A program made the translations under genes and the position numbers. Below the pieces are notes generated by a model, which was not told the origin of the DNA, searched no databases, and saw only the letters and a list, made by a program, of their open reading frames with translations. This document shows, piece by piece, positions 9,343 to 19,373 of a stretch of 64,000 bases of DNA. Origin of the DNA: Lachnospiraceae bacterium (lineage in GTDB: Bacteria; Bacillota; Clostridia; Lachnospirales; Lachnospiraceae); assembly GCA_024681595.1 (NCBI GenBank), contig JAILAN010000101.1:1976-65975 (forward strand), written 5' to 3'. Each line of letters begins with the position of its first letter. Within the stretch, counting starts at the first letter, position 1.

Positions 9343-10114
9343 TGTGAGTAGAAAGACTTCGATAGCGTATAAGATAATCAGATCTCTCGTATGGTTTTTC
9401 TATCCGAAGATGAGAGTATACGGAGCTGAAAACCTGCCGGACGGCCCGTTTATCGCTGCAGGCAATCATTCCCAGATGAATGGTCCGATCGCCTGTGAAC
9501 TGTATTTTCCCGGTAAACATTATATATGGTGCATAGCGCAGATGATGGACATGAAACTTGTTCCTGCTTATGCATATAATGATTTCTGGTCCCAAAAGCC
9601 TGTCTGCGTCAGATGGTTTTACAGGATTCTTTCATATATCATCGCACCGATAGCTCAGTGTATTTTCACAAATGCCGATACGATCCCTGTATATAAGGAT
9701 AAAAGGATCATAGAAACAGTAGACCTTTCTTTGTGTCGTCTTAAAGAAGGAGCCGGTGTTGTGATCTTTCCTGAAGACTATACGGAATATAACAATATAG
9801 TTCACAGATTTCAGCGGGGATTCGTATCTGTAGCAAAGAGATTTTATGCTGAGAGCAAAGTTCCGGTTCCATTTGTACCGCTGTATGTATGTCCGGCGCT
9901 TAAAGCTCTTTACATCGGGAAACCCATAACATATGATCCTGATCGGCCGGTAAAAGAAGAACAGGAGAGGATCTGCAAATACCTTATGGATTCGATATCC
10001 GAAATGGCATATGAGTTACCCAAACACAGAGTGGTCCCGTACCCGAACATATCTAAAAAAGAATATCCTTACAATGACAGGATAAAGCCCAAAAATGAAG
10101 AAACCAGCAGTTGA
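9308..10114 (+). CDS. PlsC-family lysophospholipid/glycerol-phosphate acyltransferase
   Basis: 'AAGNHSQMNGP' occupies the H-x4-D block position, though the Asp position is Asn. 'VVIFPEDYTEY' is a FPEG-type block. The start is uncertain: ATG 9308 overlaps the upstream gene, and GTG 9344 is an alternative. Confidence 0.7.
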   Translation: MFRMLKDTGLTDVSRKTSIAYKIIRSLVWFFYPKMRVYGAENLPDGPFIAAGNHSQMNGPIACELYFPGKHYIWCIAQMMDMKLVPAYAYNDFWSQKPVCVRWFYRILSYIIAPIAQCIFTNADTIPVYKDKRIIETVDLSLCRLKEGAGVVIFPEDYTEYNNIVHRFQRGFVSVAKRFYAESKVPVPFVPLYVCPALKALYIGKPITYDPDRPVKEEQERICKYLMDSISEMAYELPKHRVVPYPNISKKEYPYNDRIKPKNEETSS

Positions 10115-10799
10115 TTACAGACAATTCAGATTTTCAAAAATAAACACTCCGGAATATAAACACCTTTGGCTGATACTCGGATGGGTCTGGTACCTGATCA
10201 TGTATGTAGTGACAGACAGATGCATTCCGTTTGATAAATGTCACGTGATCCACAGCTCAGTCGATGATATCATTCCGTTCAACGAGTATTTTGTGATCGC
10301 ATATGCTTCATGGTATTTATTGATAGTCGGGTCACTCCTGTATTTCCTGCTATATGATACCAAGGGGTTTGAGGATGCACAGAAATTCATAATACTGACC
10401 CAGATCATCGGTATAGTCACCTATATAGCATATCCGTCGATACAGATGTTAAGACCCGATGTTTTTCCACGTGAGAATGTTTTTTCTTCTCTGCTGGGAT
10501 TCATATATTCCGTTGATACGCCTACAGGGGTATGCCCCTCGCTTCACGTGGGATATTCACTGGCTCTGCTCTCTGTATGGCTTAAGAAAGCAGACAGAAG
10601 TATGCTGTTTAAATTTGCCATGACATTATGGGTTGGTGTAATATGTTTATCGGTATGCTTTGTTAAACAGCATTCGTTCACGGACGTATGGGCCGCTGCT
10701 CTGATGTGTCTTATTATAGAAGTCATACTGTTTGGAAAAAGGTATTATCTGCCCAGATTATCCGGCAGAAAGGAAACGGAGAAAAATTTTGAAGGCTAA
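10095..10799 (+). CDS. PAP2-superfamily membrane protein (Aur1/sphingomyelin-synthase-like head-group transferase type)
   Basis: Six or more TM segments. Motifs 'CPSLHVGYS' and 'KQHSFTDVWAA' correspond to the C2/C3 motifs (S-x-H, H-x3-D) of PAP2/LPT enzymes. Overlaps the upstream gene by 20 nt. Confidence 0.7.
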   Translation: MKKPAVDYRQFRFSKINTPEYKHLWLILGWVWYLIMYVVTDRCIPFDKCHVIHSSVDDIIPFNEYFVIAYASWYLLIVGSLLYFLLYDTKGFEDAQKFIILTQIIGIVTYIAYPSIQMLRPDVFPRENVFSSLLGFIYSVDTPTGVCPSLHVGYSLALLSVWLKKADRSMLFKFAMTLWVGVICLSVCFVKQHSFTDVWAAALMCLIIEVILFGKRYYLPRLSGRKETEKNFEG

Positions 10800-11649
10800 G
10801 AGGAGATGGAAAGACCGGCGGGACGGAACGCTGATAAGAGATATCGACGGCATGCATTATGTCATGCCCCTTATGTATCCTAACAGATGCGATAATGAAG
10901 CCTATATGACTATCAATATCAGCGTTGATAATACGGAAGCGTTCATCAGGCAGATGAACAGGGAAAATCCCGAAAACAGGATCACGATGTTCATTATCAT
11001 CATTACGGCTATACTGAAGACTATTGCATTAAGGCCGCAGATGAACCGCTTTATTGCCAATAAAAACGTTTATCAGAGGAATGAACTTACTGCTGCTTTT
11101 ACGGTTAAAAAGACTTTTTCCGACGACGGGGATGAAACTCTGGCCAGGATCGAGGCCTCTCATGATGATGATATTTTTACTCTGGCAAACAAGATAAATG
11201 AACAGATAGCATTGTGCAAGACCGGAACCGATGAATCAACGGATGCCATGGAGGTCATAAAAAAACTCCCGTTCAAACACCTTATCGGCGCTATAGCGAG
11301 ATTTTTAGACAGGCACGGATGGATGCCGAGATCAGTGATCGCCACCGATCCTTATCAGTGCTCGGTGGTGCTGACCAATCTGGGCTCGATAGGTATGAAC
11401 ATTGGATATCATCATCTGATGAATTGGGGCACCACATCCCTGTTCCTGGTTGTCGGCAAAAAACACAACAGGGCACATTTTGATCAGGACGGAAACATGA
11501 CGATGAAAAGGGAACTGTCACTGTCGTTTACAATAGATGAGAGGATATCAGACGGCTATTATTATGCCAGGTCCTTAAAACTGTTAAAGAAGCTTATTGA
11601 GAATCCCGAGCTTCTGACTCAGCCGATATCCACGGAAGTTAAGTACTGA
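10732..11649 (+). CDS. 2-oxoacid dehydrogenase E2 catalytic-domain-like (CAT-fold) protein, no lipoyl domain, catalytic His replaced
   Basis: The C-terminus 'LSLSFTIDERISDGYYYARSLKLL' aligns with the E2 signature 'LSLSFDHRxxDG', but His is Glu (GAG at 11539-11541). An alternative start is TTG 10789, with GGAGA 6 nt upstream. Confidence 0.7.
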   Translation: MEKGIICPDYPAERKRRKILKAKRRWKDRRDGTLIRDIDGMHYVMPLMYPNRCDNEAYMTINISVDNTEAFIRQMNRENPENRITMFIIIITAILKTIALRPQMNRFIANKNVYQRNELTAAFTVKKTFSDDGDETLARIEASHDDDIFTLANKINEQIALCKTGTDESTDAMEVIKKLPFKHLIGAIARFLDRHGWMPRSVIATDPYQCSVVLTNLGSIGMNIGYHHLMNWGTTSLFLVVGKKHNRAHFDQDGNMTMKRELSLSFTIDERISDGYYYARSLKLLKKLIENPELLTQPISTEVKY

Positions 11650-11722
11650 CAGGATGTTCTTTTTTCGGGACGTTTATAGTACAATAATAATGTAGTTTGA
11701 TTTTACTTCAGGAGGTTTAAAT

Positions 11723-12181
11723 ATGGGATTTCTTGATGATGTCAGCGCATTTGGCAAGGGACTGACTCAAAAGACCAGGGACATGGTCGATGTTACTTCC
11801 AACAACAACAAGATTGCCGGACTGGAAAAACAGGTTACCGAGGCATATACTGCGCTGGGAGCCAAGGTTTTTGCGGATAAGGTCAATGATCTGGAGGGAC
11901 CTTATCAGGATGAGCTTAATGCGATCAGAAATCTGATGTCCCAGATCAATAAGATACAGAACGATAATAGAGCAATAGAAGAAGCACAGGCTGCTGCAGC
12001 GCAGGCTGTTGCTGATGCCAAGGCAGCCAAACAGGCTACGATAGATGCCGGGGCTGATGCGGCCAAAGAGGCTGAAAAACAGGCCTTCATAGCTTCGGGC
12101 GGAAGAGTTTGTCCCAAGTGCGGAAATAAGGTTCAGGCAGGCAATCTGTTCTGTACGGTCTGTGGAACCAAAATGGAATAA
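11723..12181 (+). CDS. Zinc-ribbon domain protein with an Ala/Gln-rich coiled-coil region
   Basis: C-terminal 'CPKCGNKVQAGNLFCTVCG' (CxxC...CxxC). AGGAGG RBS upstream. Confidence 0.7.
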   Translation: MGFLDDVSAFGKGLTQKTRDMVDVTSNNNKIAGLEKQVTEAYTALGAKVFADKVNDLEGPYQDELNAIRNLMSQINKIQNDNRAIEEAQAAAAQAVADAKAAKQATIDAGADAAKEAEKQAFIASGGRVCPKCGNKVQAGNLFCTVCGTKME

Positions 12182-12190
12182 TCCTCTATA

Positions 12191-13822
12191 ATGAACGATT
12201 CAAAAAAGAACAATATGGTAGTCCAGGCGGGCATACTGGCTGCGGCCGGGATAATCGTCCGCATTATCGGACTGCTGTATAATACCCCTCTTGTACATAT
12301 AATCAAGGACGAAGGATTCGGATACTATGACAGCGCATATGCAGCATACAGCATTGTGCTGTTGATCTCGTCTTATTCAATACCTTCGGCAGTGTCAAAA
12401 GTGATGGCTGAAAGGCTTGCGAGGAGGGAATACAGAAATGCGTACAGGGTTTTTATCTGCTCGCTTATTTATGTCATTGTAGTCGGGATCGCAGCCTCAT
12501 GCTTTGTTTTTTTCGGCGCGGGGATCCTCGTCAAAATGGAAAGCGCGATCCTTCCGCTAAAGATACTTGCTCCGACCGTTTTTTTTAGCGGAATCCTTGG
12601 AGTGTTCAGAGGCTTCTTTCAGGCACAGCATACCATGGTGCCCACTTCGGTTTCCCAGATAATAGAACAGATATTCAATGCCGTGTTCAGCGTGGTGATG
12701 GCATATGTTCTTGTTAAAGGAGCGGTCGGCACGAGCCCGACATACAGAGCATCACTGGGCGCTGCGGGATCTACTATAGGTACCGGAATAGGTGTCCTTT
12801 CTGCACTCATCTTTGTTCTTATCATATATTTCTACAATCGCAGGAATGTAATGTCGAGGATCGCGCGTGACGATACCAGGACGTTGATTCCGTATTCGCG
12901 CATCTTTCTTATGATCCTTGGAGTCGTCACGCCTTTTATAGTCAGCACGGGTATATATAATCTGAACGGATTTCTGGATAAGACGATTTATCAGATAATC
13001 ATGCTGAGGGAAAAACAGATCGCGGAATCCGTAGTCGCGTTTGATCTTTCTGCGATCGCCAAGGGTACAAAGATAGCAAATATACCTATCGCGATGGCTT
13101 CTGCGATGGCAACAACAATGATCCCCAAATTGGCTTATCATGCGGCGGGAGGGGACACCGCAAATGTTAAAGATACTATCGCAAGGGCGACCAGGGTTAC
13201 GATGTATATATCAATACCTGCAGCCATGGGTATTGGAGTGCTGTCAAAACCCATCATGAGAGTGATATTCCCGCAGCCTGAATCATTGTCACTTGCCTCT
13301 CACATGTTGATCATTCTGGCTATAACAGTCATGCTGTACGGTCTGTCCACCATAACGCAGGCCGTTCTTCAGTCGATAGGAAGAATGCATGCACCGATCT
13401 TCAATGCGGCAGTTTCGATCGTTCTGCACATGATCGTTATGATAGTCGGAATGCATTTTATTCGTGCGGATAAATGCATATATGTATACGCATTCGCAAC
13501 CGTTTTTTATGCATTCTGTCTGTGTGTATTGAACGGGATCTCCGTTAAAAGACATGTCGGCTATATACAGGAGGTTGACAAGACTTTCTTAAGGCCGCTG
13601 ATATGTGCGGTTGCAATGGGAGTTTTGACACTCGGGACTTATTACCTTATCTATCTTACACTAAAGATAAATATCATTGCGCTTGTGATCTCCCTGCTTA
13701 TCGGGGTATGTTCATATTTCGTTTTATCCGTCAAATGGCAGGTTCTTGGAAAAGAAGAGCTGCTGGCACTTCCAAAGGGAGAATTCCTCTTAAAAGTCGC
13801 AACAAAACTCAGACTGATATAA
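12191..13822 (+). CDS. MOP-superfamily oligosaccharide/lipid-II-type flippase (SpoVB/YtgP-like)
   Basis: 543 aa with about 14 TM segments. The N-terminus 'GILAAAGIIVRIIGLLYNTPLVHIIKDEGFGYY' is typical of polysaccharide-biosynthesis/flippase family proteins. Confidence 0.75.
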   Translation: MNDSKKNNMVVQAGILAAAGIIVRIIGLLYNTPLVHIIKDEGFGYYDSAYAAYSIVLLISSYSIPSAVSKVMAERLARREYRNAYRVFICSLIYVIVVGIAASCFVFFGAGILVKMESAILPLKILAPTVFFSGILGVFRGFFQAQHTMVPTSVSQIIEQIFNAVFSVVMAYVLVKGAVGTSPTYRASLGAAGSTIGTGIGVLSALIFVLIIYFYNRRNVMSRIARDDTRTLIPYSRIFLMILGVVTPFIVSTGIYNLNGFLDKTIYQIIMLREKQIAESVVAFDLSAIAKGTKIANIPIAMASAMATTMIPKLAYHAAGGDTANVKDTIARATRVTMYISIPAAMGIGVLSKPIMRVIFPQPESLSLASHMLIILAITVMLYGLSTITQAVLQSIGRMHAPIFNAAVSIVLHMIVMIVGMHFIRADKCIYVYAFATVFYAFCLCVLNGISVKRHVGYIQEVDKTFLRPLICAVAMGVLTLGTYYLIYLTLKINIIALVISLLIGVCSYFVLSVKWQVLGKEELLALPKGEFLLKVATKLRLI

Positions 13823-13853
13823 AAGTCCGTGGTGTATTTACCACGGACTTTTT
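13821..13853. terminator. Bidirectional terminator between convergent genes
   Basis: GTCCGTGG / CCACGGAC stem flanked by AAAA on the left and TTTTT on the right. It can serve both the flippase gene (+) and rqcH (-). Confidence 0.8.
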
Positions 13854-15570
13854 AAAGTATCTGTGTAAGACCTGAGATATCTGAATCGATCAGCATGGAA
13901 TAGTTGGTGTAGTAGACTACGAATCCGGGCTTGGATCCGTTAGGATGTTTGACTTCCTTTCGTCGGACATAGTCAACTTCAACTCTTGAGTTTCCTTTTG
14001 CTTTTGAATAGAAGGCAGCGAGTCTTGCCGCATCTTCAAACACACTGTCCGGAAGTTCTTTTCCCTCTGTTTTAACTATAACATGAGAACCCGGTATTTT
14101 TTTGGCATGAAACCACCAGTCATTTCCGTTGGCCAGGTCAAAGGTTATATATTCGTTCTGAATATTGTTTTTGCCCACATATATGTGAAATCCCTCCCTG
14201 GTGACAAAGTGGAGAGGCTCGGATTTGGCCCGGGCATTTTTCTTTTCTTTTCCATGCTTTTTAATATATCCGCTGTTAACAAGCTCCTCCCGGATCTGGG
14301 ACAGATCATCTTCGCTGGTTGCTATTTCCAGTGAATTCTGCACCGATTCCAGATGAGAGATCTCTTCACTTATCTCGGCGATAAGGTTTTTGGCTGCTTC
14401 TTCGGTCCTCTTGAGCTTATTGTATTTATCAAAGTATTTTTTTGCATTTTCGGTCGCACTAAGGTCAGGGTCCAGAGGAATAGTCAGATCCTCGTTGGTA
14501 TAATAGTTCGGAACTGTGATCTCCCGCGCGTTATCCGGTGCGCTGTAACCGTATGTATTTAGCAGCTCTCCGTATATTCTGAATCTGTCTTTTTTTTCAC
14601 TGTCTTTTAACTGGCGTGTATGAATATCCAGCTTTTTTACATCCTTTTCAAGCAGGGTGGAAACGATCTTTCTAAGGTCAGAAGATTTTTGTCTGATACG
14701 TGATGAGAGAGCCTTTTTACTGTAATAATCCTGAAGCAGCGTGCTAACTGAATCGTATTCTACGGCTTTTTCAAAATCATCGGTAGGAACATCTACCACA
14801 CAGTAATCGAATGGCTGACCGTTTTCATACAGTATATGAAAAGAGTATTCACCGTTTTTAATCCGGTTCATTACATTTTCAAATGCACTAAAGATTCTGT
14901 CAGGTTTTATCTCATTATCCGAAAGCCCGGCATCTTTCAATATACGCTCGGCAATAAAAGGAGATATTCCCGTGTAATGAGTATATATTTCCTTTGATAT
15001 ATCGGAAGGTGAATTTCCGACGTGCGAAGCAAAATCCGCTTCATCAGCATTAAGAGGATCGGCCTTTTGCAATGCTGAAGGTATAAAATATTCCCTGCCG
15101 GGGAGCACCTCCCTTAGAGAACTGGTGTTGATCCCGACGTGCTTTATGGCATCTATTATCATCCCGTTATCATCTGTAAGGATGATATTGGAATGTTTTC
15201 CCATCAGCTCGGCGATGAGAGTCTTGACCTTTAGGTCGCCCATTTCATCATAGTGTTCTATGTTTATACGGATTATCCTCTCTAATGACGGCTGTTCCAC
15301 AGAGATTATACGGCCGTTCTGAATATGTTTACGCAAAAGCATGCAAAAAGACGGAGCCGTCATAGGAGCCGTCTTATTATCCGGACAGAGGCAGGCCATA
15401 GGCAACGAAGCGTTTGCACTTATCGTCAGACGATATGTCCCGGTCTCACATTTTACAGTGATGAGCAGTTCATCATTTTCAGGCTGGGCTATCTTGTAGA
15501 CCCTGCCGCCCTGTATGGTGTTTTTAAGTTCATGCACAATGGCACTGACTGTTATTCCATCAAAAGCCAT
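13852..15570 (-). CDS. rqcH: RqcH / NFACT-family ribosome quality-control protein (FbpA-like)
   Basis: 'MAFDGITVSAIVHELKNTIQGGRVYKIAQPENDELL' is the classic NFACT-N start. C-terminal 'DWWFHAKKIPGSHVIV' is an NFACT-R motif. I chose the ATG at 15570 (AGGAAGGA RBS) over the longer ORF-track start at 15792. Confidence 0.9.
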   Translation of the reverse strand: MAFDGITVSAIVHELKNTIQGGRVYKIAQPENDELLITVKCETGTYRLTISANASLPMACLCPDNKTAPMTAPSFCMLLRKHIQNGRIISVEQPSLERIIRINIEHYDEMGDLKVKTLIAELMGKHSNIILTDDNGMIIDAIKHVGINTSSLREVLPGREYFIPSALQKADPLNADEADFASHVGNSPSDISKEIYTHYTGISPFIAERILKDAGLSDNEIKPDRIFSAFENVMNRIKNGEYSFHILYENGQPFDYCVVDVPTDDFEKAVEYDSVSTLLQDYYSKKALSSRIRQKSSDLRKIVSTLLEKDVKKLDIHTRQLKDSEKKDRFRIYGELLNTYGYSAPDNAREITVPNYYTNEDLTIPLDPDLSATENAKKYFDKYNKLKRTEEAAKNLIAEISEEISHLESVQNSLEIATSEDDLSQIREELVNSGYIKKHGKEKKNARAKSEPLHFVTREGFHIYVGKNNIQNEYITFDLANGNDWWFHAKKIPGSHVIVKTEGKELPDSVFEDAARLAAFYSKAKGNSRVEVDYVRRKEVKHPNGSKPGFVVYYTNYSMLIDSDISGLTQIL

Positions 15571-15705
15571 GTTTTTCCTTCCTTTAACAAAGTACAGTAT
15601 ATACGAATTTAATTGCAAAATCCACACCCATAAACTATAATAAAATCTGTATGTAAAGTCGTGAAAATCAATGAATGAAAAGACGACTTTCGGAAAGGGA
15701 CAGCA

Positions 15706-16584
15706 ATGATAAAGAGCATGACAGGCTTTGGCAGATTTGAAGTCCAGGAACAGGACCGCAAGATCTGCGTTGAACTTAAGTCTGTAAATCACCGGTATCT
15801 GGATGTCAATCTTAAGATGCCCAAGAAACTCAATTTCTTTGAAGCGGCTATCAGAAATGAGTTAAAAAACTACATCGAACGTGGTAAAGTTGATGTATTC
15901 ATTACTTATGAAGACTATTCCGAGAGTAATGTATGCGTTAAATACAACAAAGATATAGCCGAGGATTATTACAAGTATCTAAAGCAAATGGCTGTCGATT
16001 TTAATCTTGATGACGATGTCAGGGTGTCGACTCTTTCAAGGTATCCCGAAGTTTTTTCCATGGAAGAGCAGACTGTTGATGAAGAAGCACTCTGGTCGCT
16101 ACTGCTAAAGGCTATTAAAGGAGCAGCTGAGAGCTTTGTCAAGACACGTATCACTGAGGGCGAGAATCTTCGCCGAGACCTGCTGTCCAAGCTGGATACC
16201 ATGCTGGGACACGTGGAATTCATTGAAAAACGTTCTCCCGAGATAGTCACAGAATACAGACAGAAGCTTCGCGACAAGGTGGCAGAACTCATAGATGACA
16301 GCAAGATCGATGAGTCCAGACTGATGATGGAGGTTACCATCTTTGCCGACAAGGTCTGTGTGGATGAGGAACTGGTCAGGTTAAGATCTCATATTGAAAC
16401 CATGAAGGATAATCTTATCGAGGGCGGTTCCATAGGCAGAAAACTTGACTTTATGGCACAGGAGATGAACCGGGAGGCCAATACGACGTTGTCCAAATGC
16501 AATGATCTGTCGGTTTCGCAGTGTGCGATTGAATTAAAGACCGAGATTGAAAAGGTACGTGAGCAGATCCAGAACATAGAGTAA
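15706..16584 (+). CDS. yicC: YicC/YloC-family protein
   Basis: 'MIKSMTGFGR' N-terminus and 'LDFMAQEMNREANT' C-terminal motif. Conserved position upstream of gmk. Confidence 0.9.
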   Translation: MIKSMTGFGRFEVQEQDRKICVELKSVNHRYLDVNLKMPKKLNFFEAAIRNELKNYIERGKVDVFITYEDYSESNVCVKYNKDIAEDYYKYLKQMAVDFNLDDDVRVSTLSRYPEVFSMEEQTVDEEALWSLLLKAIKGAAESFVKTRITEGENLRRDLLSKLDTMLGHVEFIEKRSPEIVTEYRQKLRDKVAELIDDSKIDESRLMMEVTIFADKVCVDEELVRLRSHIETMKDNLIEGGSIGRKLDFMAQEMNREANTTLSKCNDLSVSQCAIELKTEIEKVREQIQNIE

Positions 16585-16594
16585 TGAGGTGACT

Positions 16595-17218
16595 ATGGCA
16601 GAGAGAGGCGTTTTGATCGTAGTTTCTGGTTTTTCCGGAGCAGGCAAGGGAACCATTGTAAAAAAGATAATCGAAGAGAATGATAACTATGCTCTGTCGA
16701 TATCCATGACCACCAGAGAACCGCGCGAAGGAGAAAAAGAAGGCGTATCGTATTTCTTTGTTTCAAAGGAAAGATTCGAGGATGCCATTAGTAACGGTGA
16801 ACTGGTCGAATATGCCAATTACGTGGGGAATTATTACGGAACACCCAAAAAATATGTTGAAGACATGATCGAAAGCGGCAAGGATGTGATCCTTGAGATA
16901 GAGATGCAGGGTGCTATGCAGGTCAAGACCAGATTTCCCGATGCCGTACTTGTTTTTGTAACACCTCCCAATGCCGATGAATTAAAGAGAAGACTCATGT
17001 CCAGAGGAACCGAATCCGAGGAAGTAGTCAATAAAAGAATGAAAAGGGCATATGAAGAATCAGCATTTGTTGACAGATATGATTATCTGCTCGTAAATGA
17101 CGATCTTGATAAATGCGTTAAGGAACTTCACATGCTCATCGAAGCATCACATCATGCTCCGAACTGCAGCGCCGGATTATTAAAGTCCATAAATGAACAG
17201 TTAAAAATTTATGCATGA
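16595..17218 (+). CDS. gmk: Guanylate kinase
   Basis: P-loop 'GFSGAGKGT', 'TTREPREGE', 'YYGTPK'. The ATG at 16595 has GAGG upstream; the ORF-track GTG at 16589 is an alternative. Confidence 0.95.
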   Translation: MAERGVLIVVSGFSGAGKGTIVKKIIEENDNYALSISMTTREPREGEKEGVSYFFVSKERFEDAISNGELVEYANYVGNYYGTPKKYVEDMIESGKDVILEIEMQGAMQVKTRFPDAVLVFVTPPNADELKRRLMSRGTESEEVVNKRMKRAYEESAFVDRYDYLLVNDDLDKCVKELHMLIEASHHAPNCSAGLLKSINEQLKIYA

Positions 17219-17248
17219 CGCCAACAGGCGATCTTGAAAGGAGAATAT

Positions 17249-17488
17249 ATGTTACATCCGTCTTATTCTGATTTAATGAAAGTAGTCAACAGTGATGTCG
17301 GCGAGGGAGAGGCTCCCGTAGTAAACAGCCGCTATTCTATCGTGATGGCTACATCCAAAAGAGCACGCCAGCTTATCGACGGCGAAGATCCTCTTGTTGA
17401 AGGAATGGAAAAAGACAAGCCTCTTTCTGTGGCAGTTGAAGAACTTAACCAGGGCAAAATAAAGATACTTACCGAGGAAGAAGCTTAA
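17249..17488 (+). CDS. rpoZ: DNA-directed RNA polymerase subunit omega
   Basis: 'MLHPSYSDLMKVV...SRYSIVMATSKRARQL'. AGGAG RBS before the ATG at 17249. Conserved gmk-rpoZ order. Confidence 0.9.
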   Translation: MLHPSYSDLMKVVNSDVGEGEAPVVNSRYSIVMATSKRARQLIDGEDPLVEGMEKDKPLSVAVEELNQGKIKILTEEEA

Positions 17489-17494
17489 AGATAA

Positions 17495-18838
17495 ATGAAG
17501 ATACTCTTTGTATCATTGGGTTGCGATAAGAATACCGTTGATTCGGAAAAGATGCTGGCCATACTCGAAAGGGATGGTTATTCCTTCACCGATGATGAAG
17601 AGGAAGCCGAGATAGCCATCATCAATTCGTGCTGTTTTATTAATGATGCAAAGGAAGAGAGTATCCAGACGATAATCGACCTCGGAAAAAGACGTATTAG
17701 CGGGCAACTCAAAGCTTTGATCGTGACCGGATGCCTCGCGCAGAGATACCCTGATGAGATCCATAAGGATCTTCCTGAAGTTGATGCGCTCATTGGCACT
17801 GCCGGTATCGGATCGGTTGCCGATGTTATACGCTCTGTATTAAATAAAGAGAGTTCAGACAGTATATGTCCGTTTTCTGACAGGCCTTTTAACACTACCG
17901 ACAGGATAATGACGACCGGCGGTCTTTATGAATATCTCAAGATAGCGGAAGGTTGCGACAGACACTGTACTTACTGCATCATACCCGGCATACGGGGACC
18001 TTACAGATCATATCCGATGGAGGAACTTATAAAGGAAGCCGCGGATCTGGTATCAAGAGGGACCACGGAACTGATACTTGTGGCTCAGGAAACAACATTG
18101 TATGGAACGGATCTGTACGGTAAAAAGATGCTTCCCGAGCTGCTCCGCAGACTGTGTGCTATTGATGATCTTAAGTGGATCAGGATCATGTACTGTTATC
18201 CCGAGGAGATAAACGATGAACTCATCGGTGTGATACGCGATGAGCCTAAAGTGCTTCATTATCTTGATATGCCGGTACAGTCGGGTTCCGACAGGATATT
18301 AAAGACAATGGGCCGAAGGATCACCCGCAAGGAGATCCTCGGACTTGTAGATAAACTCAGAGAAGACATACCGGATATATGCTTACGGACAACTCTGATA
18401 ACCGGATTTCCCGGTGAAACTGCGGAAGATCATGCTGATACGATCGATCTTGTAAGGCGTGCGCGCTTTGACAGACTGGGCTGCTTTAAGTATTCTCCGG
18501 AGGAGGGTACTCCTGCGGCGCTGATGCAGGGACAGATAAGTGAACGGACCAAATCCAAGCGCCTTAAGGATATCATGAGTCTTCAGCAGAAAATCGTATT
18601 TACTTCAAATGAAGCCCGCAAGGGAATGCTCATGGATGCTTTTGTTGAAGGCTACCTGAGCGAAGAAAATATTTATGTATGCCGGACATACTCTGATGCG
18701 CCTGATATTGACGGTCTGCTGTTTGTATCTTCTGACAGGGAGCTGCAAAGCGGCATGATAATCAAAGCCGCAATAACCGGTTACAACGAATATGATCTGA
18801 TCGGAGAGTACATTGAACAGGATGAATCTACCCAATAA
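17495..18838 (+). CDS. rimO: Ribosomal protein S12 methylthiotransferase RimO (radical SAM)
   Basis: 'MKILFVSLGCDKNTVDSE' N-terminus, radical-SAM 'CDRHCTYC', and a C-terminal TRAM-like domain. About 447 aa. Confidence 0.9.
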   Translation: MKILFVSLGCDKNTVDSEKMLAILERDGYSFTDDEEEAEIAIINSCCFINDAKEESIQTIIDLGKRRISGQLKALIVTGCLAQRYPDEIHKDLPEVDALIGTAGIGSVADVIRSVLNKESSDSICPFSDRPFNTTDRIMTTGGLYEYLKIAEGCDRHCTYCIIPGIRGPYRSYPMEELIKEAADLVSRGTTELILVAQETTLYGTDLYGKKMLPELLRRLCAIDDLKWIRIMYCYPEEINDELIGVIRDEPKVLHYLDMPVQSGSDRILKTMGRRITRKEILGLVDKLREDIPDICLRTTLITGFPGETAEDHADTIDLVRRARFDRLGCFKYSPEEGTPAALMQGQISERTKSKRLKDIMSLQQKIVFTSNEARKGMLMDAFVEGYLSEENIYVCRTYSDAPDIDGLLFVSSDRELQSGMIIKAAITGYNEYDLIGEYIEQDESTQ

Positions 18839-19373
18839 ACTAACATTGTTAAGGGTTCTAATGATCCCTTTTTTTATCATATTTCTGATGATGCCGTTGA
18901 TCAATGAGAATATACTGGCAAATCCCGTAAATGACTACATTGCCTTCGGAATCTTTGTCGTAGCTTCGTTGACGGACCTTATTGACGGCAAGATAGCCAG
19001 AGCCCGTAATCTGGTTACCAATTTTGGCAAATTCATGGATCCTCTGGCTGATAAGCTCTTGGTATGCTCGGCCTTGATATGCCTGATCGAACTGCAAAGG
19101 ATCAGTGCCTGGATGGTCATAGTGATAATCGCCAGAGAATTTATCATAAGCGGTTTTCGGCTTATCGCTGCCGACAAGGGTGTCGTTATTGCCGCCAGTT
19201 ACTGGGGCAAGTTCAAGACAACCTTTCAGATGATCGGGGTGTGTATGCTGATACTGAACATTGAGGTGTTTAAGATCGCTACCAGTGTTGTTATGTGGAT
19301 AGCAGTGATATTGACGGTAGTCTCCCTGATTGATTATCTGATCAAAAACAGGGACGTTATGAGGGACAACTAA
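18813..19373 (+). CDS. pgsA: CDP-diacylglycerol--glycerol-3-phosphate 3-phosphatidyltransferase
   Basis: CDP-alcohol phosphatidyltransferase motif 'DLIDGKIARARNLVTNFGKFMDPLADK'. Overlaps the rimO end. Confidence 0.9.
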   Translation: MNRMNLPNKLTLLRVLMIPFFIIFLMMPLINENILANPVNDYIAFGIFVVASLTDLIDGKIARARNLVTNFGKFMDPLADKLLVCSALICLIELQRISAWMVIVIIAREFIISGFRLIAADKGVVIAASYWGKFKTTFQMIGVCMLILNIEVFKIATSVVMWIAVILTVVSLIDYLIKNRDVMRDN

